A model generated the notes under the pieces. The model was not told the DNA's origin. It did not search any database and saw only the letters and a program-made list of their open reading frames with translations. DNA of 64,000 bases from an uncultured Thermoplasmata archaeon (lineage in GTDB: Archaea; Thermoplasmatota; Thermoplasmata; UBA10834): NCBI GenBank assembly GCA_963719945.1, contig CAVRDX010000004.1, forward strand, positions 192,001-256,000, read 5' to 3'. Position 1 is the first letter of the stretch; each line of letters opens with the position of its first letter. Shown here in pieces: positions 61,968 through 64,000 of the stretch. Both the position numbers and the translations under genes were made by a program.

Positions 61968-62393
61968 ATGGGAGACATCACCTTTACGGAGGACACCCTC
62001 CGGTACATTTCTCTTTTCGAGAAGATAACTGGCACCCAGGTCAAGGACTGTCTGGAGACTGAGGAGAAACTCGTCTTCGTGGTCGAGAAGGGTCAGGGGT
62101 CCAGGGCCGTTGGTAAGAAGGGCGAGAATGTCATCCGCCTGAAGAACCTCACGAGCAAGAACATACACGTGATCGAGTACTCGGAAGATCCCGAGACCTT
62201 CGTGAAGAACGTGTTCCACACTTACAGTGTGCAGTCCGTCGCGATCGAGGACCGCGGGAACATCGTGCACGCAACGGTCACGGTGGACCCCAAGGTCAAG
62301 GGGAAGGCGATAGGCAAGAACGGCCGCAACCTCAGGATCGCTCGGGAGATAGTCAGCAGGCATCACAACATACAGAGCATCAGCGTCGCTTGA
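61968..62393 (+). CDS. nusA: archaeal NusA
   Basis: KH motifs AVGKKGEN and AIGKNGRN. Confidence 0.95.
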   Translation: MGDITFTEDTLRYISLFEKITGTQVKDCLETEEKLVFVVEKGQGSRAVGKKGENVIRLKNLTSKNIHVIEYSEDPETFVKNVFHTYSVQSVAIEDRGNIVHATVTVDPKVKGKAIGKNGRNLRIAREIVSRHHNIQSISVA

Positions 62394-63441
62394 GCGGCGA
62401 GCGCTCGACCTCGAGCCTGTCCGCGGTCGGATATTCTTCGACGATGAATGATTCCAGCTCGAGCTCTCCCGCGATCTCTTCCAGCACCCACGGGGCGACC
62501 TCGAGCCTCTTCTTCTCGAGGTCGATGAACATGAGTCTTCTGGGCACCTCGAACCTCTGCCTCAGCATCTCCATGGTCCCGGCGATGTCTTTCGTCTCTA
62601 TGACGCCCTTGAGCAGGGTCGAATCGTGAGTTATTATCTCGTGAGGCTTCCGGACGTTCCGTGCCCTCCTCGCTATCCTGTTCCGGAGCTGGACGCCGTC
62701 CTTGAACGCGGACGAGCAGTAATGTATCGGAACCGATACGTCCAGTCTCAACAACTCGAGTGCGGACTCCTCGCTTCCGGCGACCCCGGAAGACACATCG
62801 TCCTTGACATCGAACCCGCGAGCTCTGAGCGCCTGCCAGTTGGTCTCGGAGAACTCCAGTTCGTTGAGGTTGACGAAATCGAGCCCGGAATCATCGGCAA
62901 ACATTATCGCAGCTTCCAACCCGTCCGCGCATGTCGGCAGTGACGGGATCTCGAGCCCGGTGACCATGCCTCTCTTCATGGCTAGTTTCGTCGCGGAGAC
63001 GAACATTGATCGGTCCAACTGCTTCCAGATCACCGGGGTGGGATGGAATCGTATCTCATCGAGTCCGGCCCTGGCAACCTTGTCGATCCTCTTCGTATCG
63101 GTCGTAGAGGTGTACAGATGTATCTGGTGGTCGTCTCCGAAATGCTTCTTCAGCATCCGGATGGCGTCCACGGTCCTGTCGATGGACAGTAAAGGGTCCC
63201 CTCCAGTGATTCCCGTTCCAAGAGCGTCGATGAGTTCTGCCTCTCCTATCATTTCATCGAGGGACCTGATCTTCCTCTCGTTCGCGAAGATGAAGTCCTT
63301 CCCCTTCTTCTTGATCGACAGAGGGCAGTAGTAACATCTCTTCATGCACCTGCCAGTTATCAGAAGCACGAGCTTGGCACCTTTCTGGCACATGATGCAG
63401 CCAGGCGCAAGCTTCCCAGTATATGCCGAACCTTTCTGCAT
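62380..63441 (-). CDS. uncharacterised archaeal radical SAM protein
   Basis: GCIMCQKGAKLVLLITGRCMKRCYYCP, ITGGDPL, GLDEIRFH, HYCSS.FKD.VQ. Confidence 0.88.
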   Translation of the reverse strand: MQKGSAYTGKLAPGCIMCQKGAKLVLLITGRCMKRCYYCPLSIKKKGKDFIFANERKIRSLDEMIGEAELIDALGTGITGGDPLLSIDRTVDAIRMLKKHFGDDHQIHLYTSTTDTKRIDKVARAGLDEIRFHPTPVIWKQLDRSMFVSATKLAMKRGMVTGLEIPSLPTCADGLEAAIMFADDSGLDFVNLNELEFSETNWQALRARGFDVKDDVSSGVAGSEESALELLRLDVSVPIHYCSSAFKDGVQLRNRIARRARNVRKPHEIITHDSTLLKGVIETKDIAGTMEMLRQRFEVPRRLMFIDLEKKRLEVAPWVLEEIAGELELESFIVEEYPTADRLEVERSPLKRR

Positions 63442-63554
63442 GCGTCGGATCCTTGTCACGTCCACTGATATCGGGGTTTTGGTAATTGAATGGATGCTGT
63501 AGCCATCCGGTCGTTTGCAAAGGATTAACGGCACGGTCGACGATTCGCAGACCC

Positions 63555-64000
63555 ATGGAGAAGAACACTAGGATAATTCTGGCGCTAGATGTCACTTCCA
63601 GAGACGATGCCATGCGCGTGGTCAGGGCAGTCAAGGACCATGTCGACGGGATCAAGATAAACTGGCCATTGATCCTTGCAGCAGGTCCGGATATAATACG
63701 TGAAATGTCAGCCGTCAAGGACGTCATATGCGACATGAAGATCGCGGACATACCGAACACCAACCGTCTGATCGTAGAGCAAGCCATGAGCCTGGGGGCG
63801 TCCGCCGTCATCGCCCATGGCTTCACTGGTGACGACTCCGTGAGGGCATGCGTGGAGGCCGCGAATGGTCAGGTGTTCGTCGTGACTGAGATGAGCCATC
63901 CTGGTGGGAAGCAGTTCACAGCGCCTTTGGCAGACAAGCTGGCATCTCTTGCCAAGACTGCAGGTGCAAGGGGCATCGTCGCACCAGCTACGAGGCCGGA
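63555..64000 (+). CDS. pyrF: orotidine 5'-phosphate decarboxylase, 5' part (runs off window)
   Basis: Manual translation MEKNTRIILALDV...IKIN...DMKIADIPNT...EMSHPG. Confidence 0.93.
   Translation, partial: MEKNTRIILALDVTSRDDAMRVVRAVKDHVDGIKINWPLILAAGPDIIREMSAVKDVICDMKIADIPNTNRLIVEQAMSLGASAVIAHGFTGDDSVRACVEAANGQVFVVTEMSHPGGKQFTAPLADKLASLAKTAGARGIVAPATRP

Overview
Archaeal core-genome window, roughly 55% GC by eye. The lineage is inferred to be Thermoplasmatota from the unsplit RpoB with a Zn-ribbon insert, the N-terminally extended RpoA'' and Spt5, and several FtsZ genes. It holds nucleotide-biosynthesis genes (purE partial, guaAB, guaAA, pyrF partial), transporters, rocD, asnS, gcvT, peptidases, cdc6/orc1, the ftsZ-ftsZ-secE-spt5-rpl11 / rpl1-rpl10-rpl12 cluster (split by an opposite-strand flavoprotein gene), an RHH(CdrS-like)-ftsZ2 pair, truA/adk/priL, malic enzyme and rpoH-B-A'-A''-rpl30e-nusA. 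No CRISPR array, rRNA, transposase or integrase was seen. Most notable observations: (1) a leaderless 13-residue uORF, MNSAANSLIIIIG, with four tandem Ile codons in the loop of a long hairpin directly upstream of an IleRS homologue, i.e. a candidate ribosome-mediated amino-acid attenuator in an archaeon; (2) that full-length IleRS has degenerate HIGH (HFGD), KMSKS (KMRNV) and editing motifs; (3) a tRNA-Lys(UUU) with two non-canonical introns (20/21 and 59/60); (4) a single-repeat TBP remnant; (5) a 23S-mimicking L1-binding site in the rpl1 leader. All family assignments come from motif recognition by eye; no searches were run.
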